A stretch of 64,000 nucleotides of DNA from Botryllus schlosseri (taxonomy: Eukaryota): contig CM119372.1 of assembly GCA_051294905.1 (NCBI GenBank), positions 36,024,001 to 36,088,000 of the forward strand, given 5' to 3'. Below, piece by piece: positions 13,344 through 26,800 of this stretch. A program made the translations under genes and the position numbers. Each line of letters starts with the position of its first letter. Positions within the stretch are counted from its first letter, which is position 1. The notes below the pieces were generated by a model. It did not search any database, had not been told where the DNA came from, and saw nothing but the letters and a program-made list of their open reading frames with translations.

Positions 13344-13747
13344 CTCATAAGCCATCCAAACAAACCATGTGCAAAATACAATTATAAACGGAAATACCGA
13401 AAAATCCAGAAACCTCGGGTTTCCACACATGTAAAAGGTCCAGTTGCTACGTAGAACGTCGAACAATGTTTGCGATAACAATCAATGAGGAATAGCCGGG
13501 GTTTGTATGGGGAGATTGTTGAAAAGTCTTTTATAAACCATCAATTCAGCATCTTTCATGGCTACATTATTTTTCGTCAAATAGCCTACATACGTCTCTC
13601 CAAAATTATCTTTGAAAGTATAAGCAAATATGGTGATGCGACAAAGAGTTTTGTTTGGGCGTCCTCGTAGGACAATTCACTTTTCTTGAGAAAAGAGGTC
13701 ATATCCTTTTAAAATACGACATATGGAAACTTTAGGGATATACCTAC

Positions 13748-13864
13748 CTACAGAAGCACCACCTTCATCATTCGACAATGATGATGATGACGATCGCTTG
13801 AAAACCTTGCTTGTATTTCGCCATAATTTCTTCAACCAACTGCTGTTTCCCGTTCGCCTGTCAC
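13748..13864 (-). CDS. Probable NLR-like gene linker exon
   Basis: tttcccacag|...|gtaggt; 117 nt, phase 1-1; DRRTGNSSWLKKLWRNTSKVFKRSSSSSLSNDEGGASV. Joins both neighbouring exons in frame. Confidence 0.55.
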
Positions 13865-15269
13865 CTGTGGGAAAACGGTTCGTCGTATGGTTAAATAACA
13901 CGTCGTCTCACTTGGAAAATCACATCACCATTCAAGTTCAAGCTGACGATAAAAATATGACTCGTTATTTCGAGATCATCCGCCAACCAGGGTGAATTTG
14001 GGAAAGATTGCTTGATTCGGTGCCTCGCTTAAGCACAGTAAATGACTTACCTAAACAAGGTTCTTACGCGGTTCTTACGCACTAGAGGTGATCATAGTCA
14101 AAATACATGTTATGTTATTGGTAGAGCTTTTTAATTCGGTCGCATTTTCTGTGTGGCTTATATCAGTGCTCTTCAGCCGGTGTAAACGGTGCGCCAGGGT
14201 GCATGGAAATCTACATTTGTTGAACAAGCACGAAAGTGGGAACAGGGTTCATGACAAAATTTACACTCGAAATCAATGAATTGTATCATGCGGGTGAAAT
14301 TCGCAATTTGATCGATCTGCCAGTAAGAATCATCCTCTATAATTGACCGATATTTTGGCAAAATGTAAGTGACGCCATTTTTATCGGTACCCATATAGCT
14401 ATGTGACAATTTGTTAACAGGCAGATAAAACTAATGGCATTTTATAGTCGCCACATACAATTATGTAGATGTAGAATGGTTGAAGAGCACTGACGAAGCC
14501 CTACGCAGAAGTTTTCCATATACCTACATCATCACCATGGACAGTGGAGACGTTTTGATTAGATTTGTTGAATAGAGTTTCCGGATATTCGATGTACCTC
14601 GTTCACCTACCACTACGTATGTCTCTGTGATGTAGACTAAATGAAAACCAATTCAATACCATTTATTTTGAGGTTTATCGCTAGTTAATTGCCACAAAAC
14701 TCCATCGTTAGTTCATTGTTATTAATATTGTCAAATTCATTGATGAAAATGGGAGTGACCCATTTCGCCTAAGGCCACTGATGGTCAGGCGCGTCACAGA
14801 CTAGAACATGGGTTGCCAACCTTTTTGACCAAAGGGCCACATGCGGTTTTCTAAGCCAGTGCACGGGCCACTAGAGTAATAATGACGCTTTCGTTAGAGC
14901 GAAATGTAAGGGGGCATGGTACCTTTCATCGCCCCTGGCTACACCATTGCGTAAAAACTGCAACATCCTACATTTCACGGTCAGGCTAATCAGGACCGTA
15001 ACAGCTGTTCGTCAGCCCACCCAAAACGTTGGTCTCGGGCCCCCATAGGGTGAATATTCCAACGTCTGGGGGGGCTTCGCTCCCCCACCCCATACCCCCC
15101 GCCCGGCCCTACCTTTTTGGCCGAAGGTTACTTGCGAGTTCTGTGGAATGTTTGGCGATTCAGCTTTAGTCCTCTAGGCGTGCGTAGCCCAAAAATTTTC
15201 TGTAATTCATCATTGATCGGTCAATGTGATCGGGAATTGCATATATCTTGTTATCAATTTTTATCTTCT

Positions 15270-16900
15270 CTCTGCTCACATAATCCCACTTACCGATAGA
15301 GCTGAGTGAGGTGTCTTGGAACATGTAGGGGCCGTAAATAATATTTAAACAGCTTCAGGCGAACCCGTTGGTATAATGACTTCGTTACATGATGTTATTT
15401 CGTGATCTTCTGTCCGCTATGTCAAAAGATACTGACAAATGATTGTTTCCTGCGGGATGGCAGTTGTCTTGTGGGGTTCAGATTGCTTGGACAGGAACAT
15501 TCGGCGCCATTCATTAAGCGCCTATATATGGACAATTAAAAATATGTATGCATGGACGTTTTCGGTCAACATAAGGGTAGTCCTTCGGTCATATTCGGAA
15601 TCAGTGCCCTTCAGAACCCCCAAAACCACTCTTACTTTGTCTGCCTATAAAATATGAGTTGACCCGATGTCGATGCATCGATGGAAAGTGGCCATCAATC
15701 AATGATCAATGGACATTACGATAGTGCGCTCCTTGCTCATTTCGTTGATATTCGGTGTTCTAGGCCGCTCTACAGTATTGCCGTACTTTGGCTTTCGCAT
15801 CAGTATGGCTAATTTCGTCAGGAAATGTCTGGGGAGGGGAATTTTCGCTATCGGTCAAGCCAATTTGTCGGTCAACTCGTTACCACAAATGTCAGCGTGT
15901 CTCGGTACACAGGCCAGGACAACGATGGTGCCTTTACCAATCGTTTGATTCAGCGAGAGGCCATATTCAAATATAAAATTTCGCGTTGGCTGTGACTGCA
16001 AGATGGCAATAGTATAGTACGCTCAGTCTGTCTAAGATAGTCAGATCTGTGGGGTTTGAGCCATTCTGGCAGATCCATTTTAGAGCGTGGACAATGGTTT
16101 GGGCTTCTATGGAAATGATTGACTTTGGGGTAGAACAAGTTTGAGAAATGTTTATCATCAGCAACGGGATAGTAAACGCATAAGCAGCTCATTCTGTTGA
16201 TATAGACCCGTCAGTGTATAGTTCAATGACATCGTTATAGCGTTTGAATGTGAAGTCCAGGAATATGGGTTGTGTGACAGAGATGAGATACGTTTTATTA
16301 TGATTTTGCCAAGTCTAGATCAACATTTGGTAACTGCATCAACCCTGTCGGGATATCTTGGAGCATTTTTTCTTTCAAGGACCAGGTTACTTAGAGACGT
16401 AACCTTCACTTTCATGTTAAAGGTATTGAATTTTGGGTTCATGAGGCTGACTATATCTAATGCCACGAATCTTCAAGAACTTCTTTTGTTGGGTGTTCGT
16501 AGGCCGCCTGGTGGCGTCTGAGATGGCAGCAGTAGCCTAGTTACGGCTACGCTGCTTGTGACGTCGATGAAGGGGGGTTCGTCATATGATGCTTCCAGTG
16601 CACAAATGGGAGTGGTGCGCATAGTTCCGCAGTAGAGGCGGATAGCTTGATTTTTGAATGGTGCGTTACTTGTCCAGATACTTTGTGGAGGCGAACTAAT
16701 ATGCTGGTAACCGATAGTCAATGAGTATCAGAGTCCTAAACAACTCAGCAATGTTATTTTACTAGATCCCCATGAGATACCATAGTCACTACTCTGGTGA
16801 GATTCAGTCTATTGAACCACTTTATGGAAATCGTATCGATATGTAGGTTATAGTTTTTCAAAGACAGTTACATTGTTATGATTAATGAATGCGCTTACCG
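15270..16900 (-). pseudogene. 5'-truncated, decayed non-LTR retrotransposon with RNase H (I-group-like)
   Basis: Broken frames: end of RT (HIDTI...RLNL...WGS), QAIRLYCGTMRTTPICALE, and RNase H motifs LYTDGS (~16205-16221), EAQTIVHAL and CVPRHADICGNELTDKLA. Boundaries are approximate. Confidence 0.75.
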
Positions 16901-16990
16901 CATTAAAAAGTTACCGGCACCGTAAAAAGTTACCGGCCCATGTATAGTAGACCTTTTCCCCAACAGGGACGCCTACAGCAGTTTACTAAC

Positions 16991-17137
16991 TTTGGCTCGC
17001 AGGACTTGCTTCGCCTCCAGCATTCGAAATGTTGTTGACCAACTTGTTCCCATGTGCCTGATTTTCTGCCACGGCGGTCACCGAGTTTTTCATGAACTTT
17101 TGGTTGACGTTTTCTCCTTCTGCCAACGCTACAGATC
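16991..17137 (-). CDS. NLR-like gene exon carrying RHIM-like motif copy 1
   Basis: cgacttag|...|gttagt; 147 nt, phase 1-1; GSVALAEGENVNQKFMKNSVTAVAENQAHGNKLVNNISNAGGEASPASQ. The first 15 aa closely match the 7545-7670 exon. Confidence 0.65.
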
Positions 17138-17146
17138 CTAAGTCGC

Positions 17147-17786
17147 ACGAGAATATTGTAATGCGTGTTATATTCCGATGCATATTCAGAAAACATCATT
17201 AGAATATAGCCTATGAGGACCATTAAAACCCCTAAATCTCATATTTATCAGGATTTGGTCGCGCAAGCAGAAAGTGGATAGCCCTAACTAATATGGATAA
17301 TGTTAATGAAATGTCGATAAGGCTATGTCATAAATATAGGTCTACTTAACTGCTTTTCACTGATGGTAATGATGGCACACAACGAGAATATTGTAATGCG
17401 TGTTATGTTCCGATGCATATTCAGCAGATAATATTGAAGTAAATGAGGATCATCGAAACTCCTAAACAATGTTACCTCTGAGCTACGCACGTGCGCAAAT
17501 GCGCAGTGCTGACACGGCCTCTGCGCACAGAAAATCTAGTTTGCGCACGAAAAATCCGAAGTGATGACCTTTATTTTTCATTTTCAGTCGTTACGCACTG
17601 TTGTCCAAGGGTTTACGCAGTGAATTGATGAGTGTGCGCAGACTCATCAAAATATTTACTAGGATTTGGTTACGCAAGGAGCAATTGGATGGCCCGCACT
17701 ATTTTGGATAATGTCATTGAAATGTTGAATATGGAATATGTCATAAATATAGGTTTACTTACCGCTTTTCACAGGTGGTAATGATG
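17147..17786. repeat. Diverged tandem duplication (~235-bp unit), second copy interrupted by a ~180-bp insert
   Basis: ACGAGAATATTGTAATGCGTGTTAT...GCTTTTCAC..GGTAATGATG occurs at 17147 and 17382; extra TGCGCA-rich sequence at ~17468-17650. Confidence 0.75.
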
Positions 17787-17813
17787 TAGGCCCATCAGCA
17801 ACAGGAGCCTTTT
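17763..17813 (-). CDS. Probable small upstream exon of the NLR-like gene
   Basis: tcctggcag|...|gtaagt; 51 nt, phase 1-1; KAPVADGPTSLPPVKS. In frame with the 17137 exon. Further 5' exons and the start codon were not found. Confidence 0.5.
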
Positions 17814-20134
17814 CTGCCAGGATAACAACCACGTAAAATGATGTAGTAAATTTATCAAACAACTCTAAAGATACGATAGCAGCAATTAGAATTTTTGATG
17901 AAATCTAAATACTACTTCGGGACTCAAAAATGCGATATGAGCGTCTAATATGGAAGCCGTAACTGGTCACAAACTGACAAGTCTCATTATCCATGTTGAA
18001 TAGACTTATTTACGGAATTGTCCAATAGGCAATTGTTTTTTTTCTCGCATTGTCATACCATAATGTGGGGAATAAAATCAGAATCAGTAAAAGTATTCTC
18101 CCGGACAGCTGAGTCGTCCAGCATATAGAATGTGACAACATTTCGCTTCTCCGACACATTCCCGCGACGAGACAGGGCTCTCCCATTTGAACTGTGTATA
18201 ATGAAAAAGTGACGAGATCGTAAAATTTTTAAAATGTGGCTATGAAATTCCAACGTCATGGAAACAAATCCAGGAGATGTCGAGTAGCCAGTCGCCGCTA
18301 ATTTCCGCTTCACAAATTGGAATAAAAGGGTTGAATTCACCATTTCATTCGAAAAGAGCAAAACTTATATAATATACCGATATTTTAGAAAAAAAATTAG
18401 AAAAGAAATCGGTCTGTTTGGTGTACTTGTACTTGATCAGAATCACCTTGTTCCTCCAAAATACACAAGGGAATATAGTTACATTGGTATACAACCACGG
18501 CTTTGGAGCAGGCGTAGGCTAAACTTCAAACTGTTCCAGCTCCAGCTTGGGAGCTCTCATGTGCTATAAACTAGCTCTGGTTCCAACTCATTGATACCAC
18601 TGCTCCGGTTCCAGCTTCGGCTCTGAAAGGTTAAGTCAGCAGGCTGGAACAACGGCGGCAGCTTGAACACATAGGGGAGATCAGGCCGAACCGTCATTTT
18701 GTGTGGGGAGTGCCCATTGTCGCAGAGACATATCTCATATAGAGTGAGGACCTGTATACGTCGCAAATTATTAATTCGCAAATTATATATATTGATATTC
18801 CTGAGATACTATCCCTCATGGCTTATGCTGTGTATACAGAATAGTCGTCGAATATGGCAGTGTAGAATACCAAAATTATTTATAGGGACGCTTGGGCGTT
18901 GACTTACACAAATATATTTACCACTTGGTAAATAAATGTTCTCAATGGCTTCGATACAGCAACAGGTCTATTTCGTGTCACAATTTCAATCTTGAATTGC
19001 CGAACGGTCTCTCAAGTCCAGCAAACAGGACTGGATACTCAGCCGTCAAATAAAGTTATTTTAAATGTTATAAAGCGAAGGATATATAACTTAGGACGCT
19101 TTGATTTTAATTAAATGCCACAGTGTCCTATCAGGCTGGATTAACAATTGGTATTCATGATAGTATCCGGTTATATAATTGATGATGTTAATAAATGTTG
19201 TCCGTGCCTTGAGATTGATTGCACTTGGGTACAAAATAAATAGCCGATTCTGTCACTCCAATCAGTATCCTAACCGCACATTTATCCCCTAACGCAGTGG
19301 TTCACAACCGTTTTTTGGACACGCCCTCCTTAATGATAGTGAAAAATTTCCCGCCCCCTTATCGTCATATCACAAAATGCAACCGGGATGCTATAGCAAC
19401 CCCAACAGATTGTTTGATGGCATGGAAGGTTATGACTGTTGATGAGAGAATTCAAAAATCTGAAATTCGGTCTATATATAGAGGAACACGCGTGAATTGG
19501 AGGTAAACCGCGCAGGGCGCGAAAAGAAATTTCAGTGGACCGCTTCTTCGCGTCCCCCTTCAGATGTTTTCACGCCCCTGTATGTCCTTACACTCTCCTG
19601 CAAAAGTATATTCAAACTATTTTGAGAACTTGCTACCGATACAGTGCCTACATGTGATTGATTACTCAAGTTATGTAAATGTGGAAATTCCCTTATAAGA
19701 GAACATTCGCAATTAGTATCTAAAATCCTGCATCCGCTTTCACTAAAGCCAGTAAAGCGCCCGGTAGATCTGCCGTGATAGCATACAAAATATGCACTTT
19801 CATCGGAACATTAACGCGCACGCGATGCCTGTTAACCATTACTACCGAACCTTGTGTATATAAGTATGGGCACCAATGCGTCAATATTGAGATAGATGGG
19901 ACGGTTTTTATAATGTCGGTATGCAAGCAAGCCATGTTTTATATATTTTGCTCAACATCAATTAAACACTGTAAAATGTTATGTTGTTACGGGCTATGAT
20001 ATATAAACCAAGTATCACTGGACCGAGAGGATTGGTACGGTTATTAAGTTACAATGACCGTGTGGAATTTTCGATTAATTTAAAATATTTTCTTCATATT
20101 TCATTCCAAACTCCTTTTTATTGTTGTTATATAG

Positions 20135-20809
20135 TAGGGGTGGGGAAACTGCGGTTCTTTAAGATTGAACGCACACACGTTTTCCTGGAGAGGTTTAACC
20201 TAATTATAAATTGCTGAATTTTATCTCGTATCAACAATGTGCGTACTGTTTTCGTGTTGTTTCTTTCCTTATGGTTCATGCAAGACTTCTAAAAGGGGAA
20301 TGTGGAACTGTAAGGTCGAAAAATTGGAATTGAACTCTGGAATCGAGTTAATATTAACGTTTCACCCGCAACAATGGATTCCTGGTCATCAATCATTGAT
20401 GAATGATTGTGTTCTACATTGCCGTTGATAATTATAATTAATTACGCCAACGCAGGTCCCAATCATCTCCGGGCTAGTAATGGTGAATACGGCTCTTCCA
20501 TTTGTATTGTAAAGGCTAGCAATAACTGCAGAGTTCGACCAAGAAAATTTCGTCGAGATTACCCTGCTCTAATCTTCCCGATTCTCATCAGCACTTGAAG
20601 GAACTGCCCCGCACTGCTTGGACGTCATATCAGCCGGATTTCCTTAACCTCGCAGCCTAGGTGGGGACCGTATCACCACACCAATAATAAACTTCCTACA
20701 CTACATTGTGACGTCATAAATTCGTCTTTTTTATTTCTGTGATGTGGCTCTTTTTAAGATGATATTTCTGATATGCGGCTCCCGCATGACGCGAGTCTGC
20801 CCACCCCTG
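20135..20809. mobile_element. Charlie/Buster-type hAT MITE (degenerate)
   Basis: Ends TAGGGGTGGGGA / TGCCCACCCCTG; TSD ttatatag / ttatatat. Confidence 0.6.
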
Positions 20810-21312
20810 TTATATATATCTTGAGATTACATGGCTCGATCCGTTTCTATACGGAATATATCCCTTTAAAACGTCTCATCGTCTTTAATTTAGATTTCTT
20901 GTACAATAAACTATCACATGTTCGCAGTAACTGATGTGAATTTTTACATAAGAAGTGAGCTTATATCCGCAATGAACGAGTCTATGGTTGGTCTGAAGCA
21001 ACAGTTTAACATCCACGGAAGTAATCACTAGACGTGGTAACAAGTAACAATGCATAATGATACATACTTGTTTGGGGGACATGATTAGGTTGTGTCTCCT
21101 TCTACAATCTACATGATAAATTTACAATGTTTCTATACCACTCCACTTCTAAATTAGAATTTTTGAAGCCTTGCACTTTGTGGACAATTGTATCACTCCT
21201 AATTTGTATTATCTACGGATGGTGTGAATGTGAGGTTCGGGACGCGTTCTATGTATGAACCTCAGAAATCTAGAGGTTCGTGGCCACAAACGAACCTTGG
21301 TGGGTTCTACAC

Positions 21313-22122
21313 CAGAGGTATGAAACACGCGGCCCGCGAGACAGGTAAGTGCGGCCCGCGACGGTATTTTGGATTTCGAAGTATTCGACAATATTTAACT
21401 GCCAAATATATTTTTTTCATTTGAAAACAGGAAATTCGCCTCAAAACTATTCCAGAAGCCTGAAACTACTCAACAAAATTCACTATTACAGCACTTTCAA
21501 AAGTTACCATGCAGTGGAAGATCAATGAATACTTCGGCGATTGGACATTTCCATTGCTATGGCACAGTCATCATTATATTCAAGTTGTTATAGATCTGTT
21601 CCAATATTCGAAGGTAAATCTAACGCTGATTTAATTTGACTTAGGTAATAACGTGATCGATAGCCTTGTTATCAGGAGTATGCGCAAAGCCCGGATTAGG
21701 CTGTCCTGCTCCAATGCTCTGATGTCAGATCAATCTTTGTACAATTCTAAAATATTCTACCTATAATTGTGACACGTCAAATGTCCGCTAGCTGCAAAAT
21801 CATAACGCGACAAGTTTTACGATGTCCTAATGCATTTGTACTATCGCTAGGTTTCTACAACCAAACATACAGCAACTATATGCCAAGTAGAGCAACAATT
21901 TTATTCAAATATTCTTAAATGTGATTTTTTTGATGCCGGGTGTGAATTCACAATAGTAAATTACATTTTCAAGATCCGTGTGGAATGTCAGTCTGCAAAG
22001 TCCTTTCAAATAAGGCCTTCTCGGAAATACATTGAATTCTCTTATTATTGTTGCTGCGGCCCGCGGCGCCATAAAAAAAATAGGAAATTGGCCCGCGAGC
22101 ACATTTGAGTTAGAGACCTCTG
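21313..22122. mobile_element. Charlie/Buster-type hAT MITE
   Basis: Ends CAGAGGT / ACCTCTG; perfect TSD ttctacac. Partial copies at ~29949-30200 (inverted) and ~40500-40640. Confidence 0.85.
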
Positions 22123-23325
22123 TTCTACACTGTGAACCTTTATGATGTATTACAATCTTTCACGGTATATTATAACGAATCTTTGGTTGAAATTCGTTGT
22201 ATTTCAACTCCGGACCAATCTCCGCATGGTGTCGGCAGCATGAAAAGAAATTCAGCACTTAACGAGCATGCACCTGTGACTATTTCGAAAAATATTTGCT
22301 CGAAAGTTTGCTCGGAATATTCAGCTTTCAATTGTGAATCTTTAGTGACTCTACTTTGAGCTTTACCCGCAATGACACAACGAAACACATGTGGGAAGTC
22401 AGCGAATTGTGCCTGGTTTATATATACATCAACGAAATTCATATAAAGAATGCATCGATGTCTAATGTATAAAATCCGTCATCTTTAGTTGCAGTGTTCA
22501 CACCAAGACGCCGGACACACTGACAAAGAATGCTGTAGATTCCTGACACCGCGGACATGTCAATTCCCCTGTCGTTTTTAAAGCATCCAAAGTATGAGCC
22601 AACACACCATGAAGGAAATGTATCGACGATTTCAGAAGAGTTACCTGAAGATTTTTAATATAAGGTTGCACTTTATCCTCATTCGTCTAGAAACAGTACC
22701 CTGCTGTCGTCTTCGGTCACCATCTATGTCGAATATGAAAACGGCCCTTGTCTTCCTTGCCAGTAATAACAGACTGGTGAACATTTTGTTATTCCTTGCG
22801 CGAGATATTCACGTCAATAAAAGGATCTAGAAGTGCAGTTTAAAGCATCCAAAGTATGAGCCAAAACACAATGAAGGAAATGTATCGACGATCTCAAAGG
22901 AGTTAACTGAAGATTTCTCATAGAAGGGTGCACTGTTTCAGTGTTGGGATCAAGTCACTACCTTCGAGTCACGTGTCATCTCGAGTCATCGCACATTTTG
23001 ACTCGAGTCAAGTCAAGTCAATCGATTTTCAAAGGTGACTCGAGTCTAGTCAAGTCAGTCGTTTTTTGGAGGTGACTCGAGTCAAGTCAAGTCAAGTCGA
23101 GTCAAGTCACGAGTCAAGTCACAATTCAAGTCAAATTGAATTTTTGAAGTATGAGTGATCATTCAAATTCATTTTATTTTACTAGCTGTGTTAAAGAGAT
23201 CAATTGGTCATTGATCTTGAATCAAATAACGAATATAAAGTTAAATATACATGCAAAAATGCGTGGTATCGCTCACGCACACGTAAAACTGCTAATAAAA
23301 TACGTAAGTAACTCTATAGCTACAT

Positions 23326-23710
23326 CAGAGGTGTCAAACATACGACCCGCCAAATGATTTCATTCGACCCGCGAAGAAATTCTGAGTATATGTTGAAAAT
23401 TGCGTGATTTTATCCAACACATTTCTCTAATTTGTAGTAAGAAATACTACTAATAAATATATTCCTTCAAGATAGCAAATTTCGAGTATGTTCATATAGG
23501 CCACATATAACAACCCGACAGCGGAGTTGTGATTGTATAGTTATTGTCAAGAGAAAATCGCTGACATTAACACCCAATTTCGAGAATGCGAAAAAGTGCA
23601 TATATTGAGTTAATAGTTAGTAATATTTGGAATCATTTGACTGGTGCGGCCCGCGAGTGATCTGTATATTTGAATTCGACCCGGGACGTCAGTCGAGTTT
23701 GACAACTCTG
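23326..23710. mobile_element. Charlie/Buster-type hAT MITE, nested
   Basis: Ends CAGAGGTGTCAAAC / GTTTGACAACTCTG; perfect TSD agctacat. Confidence 0.85.
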
Positions 23711-23820
23711 AGCTACATACTACATTATCTTATTATCAGCCAAAATAGAGGATCGAATACGAAGCCTCGAGAAGATGAACGAAATTGATATCGTACAATA
23801 CACTAGCCATCTATACACAT

Positions 23821-26800
23821 TAGGGTTGTCCAAAATTTGAAAAATTTCGAAAATGCTGCGTTGTAATGTCTTATTCTATAGATTATTGATTAAAAACATC
23901 AACAAGCCTGAAAGAAGCTCTCAGGAACGTCGTTAAGATTTCTTACAAAGCGTTTGAAAGTAGCCGTCTGCATGTGGGCGGGGAATCGATGAAGTGGGCG
24001 GGCAATCACGAACCTAGAATTTTGATTGGTTGGAACCTGTAATAATAAGCTACTGATTGGCTGAAATACTGATTTTGTGATCATTGCTGGTCACGATTTC
24101 GTTCTACTCTGTTGTGTTGGTTTGCAGCCATTTCTGTTCGTGGCATTGGCGATATGGTAAATTGACGTTGTTAATGCTGCCATCGACAACAGCATAACGA
24201 TCCAGTAATATATTTTCTACCTGAACACTGTGTATAACAGTTTTGTTACTTCTTGCACAGGAGCTTGGCCAATTAAGATAAGAATGAACTAGATGCATGC
24301 ATCGTGCTACCTTCGAGCCTTCTAAAACATACCAGTTGACAACGACTGTAACTCATAAATTGCAAACCAGTAGTCAATTTCTCCTTATGGCTTGTTATGG
24401 TAAGTCGACGTCTCTCTCTAAAACGAACGCATATTACACTTTTTATTCAAGATTTAACAAAGGCAAAAATGCTATTTACAAAAGGCATCATTAAAAAGTA
24501 TATCGCAGGGTCAGTGTTGCAGATCACTGGCCTTTGATAAGAGTAGACTTCCTGCTGTCTCCAAAAATCTTCCTATGCTGTTCCACAGCTTGAAGCAAAC
24601 TGTCTCTTTGCTGTTCATTGTCAGTCAAGATTGCAGCATAGTCTGTGCTTAGCTTGACACCTCTTTCTGCGGCATCATTAACGACTTTGACAGAACTAAC
24701 GTAGCAATTCATTTTATTGAATGAATCTGAAAAGTGCCAATCATCAACCGGTTGACGCAGCCAATCCCCAGAGCATTCAAAAACTTCAAATATGTACCAC
24801 GACTGGGGCCCAATAAGGTCAGACAACGTACTGTCCTTGTTGATCTGTATAGTTGCATTCAATGAGGGTGGGCCCCTTCTGAAACTGGAAGTTCGCTCTA
24901 CTTGCAGGAGCGCCTTTGCCATATTTTCCCGGGTTTCCTTGCTTTCCGTCGGTGAAAACAAGGCGTATACAGCGGTTTCCTCAACAATATACCAGTCGTG
25001 CTTCAAAAGCTTTCGTGAAGCAGCTGTGGAAACTTGCTCATCATATTCCTTATAACTCAACATGTGCTGAACGAATCTCAAGTCATTACCAGCTGCATCA
25101 CGACCAATGCTTGAATCCACCCACGCAGGGATATAAAAGAGAACCAAAAATAAATTGAAGCGGCGCAGCAGTTCAACTTCTTCAGATTTGTAATCTAATT
25201 GGTCGGCCCACATGAACATCTTTTGAGCATACAGAATTGTACCCATCCATCTCGCATGGTGTGCTGCACCAGGTTTGTGATGACGTATATCTTCATCTGC
25301 ACCGAGAAGAGCAAGAGCATTAGTCACACATTGCTTGTAGTCATCCCGTGTGAAAAAATCTTTTCTGTTCAACAGTAGCTTGAACTTATCAACTATCATT
25401 GCAGCTCGTTCAGCAAAACATAGAGGAATAGTCAGAGTCTTGAATTGCTGTTCCCTGTCAAGACTGCTCCAGTTCCTTTTAAGGTGGGCAAACCATGCAT
25501 TCTCTGGTCCAGTTGTGGCCTTTCCAAATAAAGATTTCCAAACGTCTTTCACTACCAGCTCATACACATGGTGCCGACATGCATGGTAGAACACCTTCCT
25601 TCCTAGAAGGTCTTCAAGAATCTTTGCCGCATCCTTCTTCCAGCCGCTGTTGCTTGCTGTAGTGTCAAAAACCAAAGCTGTTACAGCATCTTTTATATTC
25701 CAACTTTCAATTATGTTGAAAGTGGTTTCTGCTTGCGTCTGACCTGCAGCATTTTGCATCTTTTGAATGCCAAGTAGTTTTCCTTCTGAGTATTGAGGAT
25801 GACAAGATAGGACAATTGACAGAGCCTCATACCGATTTCCTAATCTATCCTCTGTGAGCTTTCCATCCCAATGAATAGCAACATGTTGAGGTTTATTTTC
25901 TGCAAATTTTTCTGAAATATCCTTGGAAATTTCAAGACGATTTGTTTCCCTGGCTCTCTTTGTCGAAGATCTTGACAGAGAGAACATTGCTATGTCACCG
26001 CCACAAGCCGTAATAAATGCTCCGATCAGCATTGTTGCCTTGTTGTCTGTTATTTGCAATCGATCCAGAGCTTGGGACACATGGGTATTATTCATAATAT
26101 TTTTAGGTGCCATCAGCTTAATGGCTGTCGAGGTGCCAAGACCAACATCAGCATCATAATCAGAACTTGAACTCAAACTATCACCCTCTTTTGAAGATGA
26201 AGAAGATGCTAAAACAACATAGTCATCACTTGAGTCATGTTGAATGTTTTTAACAGTTCTATCCGCCATGGTTGCTGTTTTCTTTTCGATGTCTTTAGCG
26301 AGAATCTTGTCTCTTCCCAACATTATGCATTCGCGAGATTGCTGTTGATCTTCATAGAATGCAATGTCTTCGAGCTTTCTATCATGTGATAGATAAATGT
26401 CATTTTGTATTATTGCTATCGCATCTGTACTTCCAATATCCCACAACTTGTCCAAATCTTCCGTGAATTTTTTCCTCTTACCCTTGGGATCACTTTCCCG
26501 TTTCATGGTCGCCTTCAGAAAAATATATTTTTTGTTCAGTTTTTCAAGTAATTTCACCGCATTTCCTTTAAGTATTGTGGCAATTCTCGCCATTTGCCAC
26601 ACTGTCATGACATCATGAACCACCACATTACATAGCTCACGAGTAGGGGTTGACTGAGGGCAATGGTCTTTCAGATGCAGAAAGTAACTCATTACTTCTC
26701 GCAAGGTTGGTAATCTCGAGCCACAGATGTAATCGCAAGCATATCCGACCAAGTAATGCTCAGATCGAGATCTTGTTCTTCTCTGTGGCAAGTGCACAGT

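Noticed and set aside
18053..18361. 102-aa minus-strand ORF or exon as the next upstream NLR exon
   Set aside because: The plausible AG/GT boundaries do not give an open phase-1 join to the 17813 exon; the required frame has two stops.
18920..19260. Possible Gypsy pol fossil (YPVLFAGL-like frame, minus strand)
   Set aside because: Too short and degraded to support as a feature.
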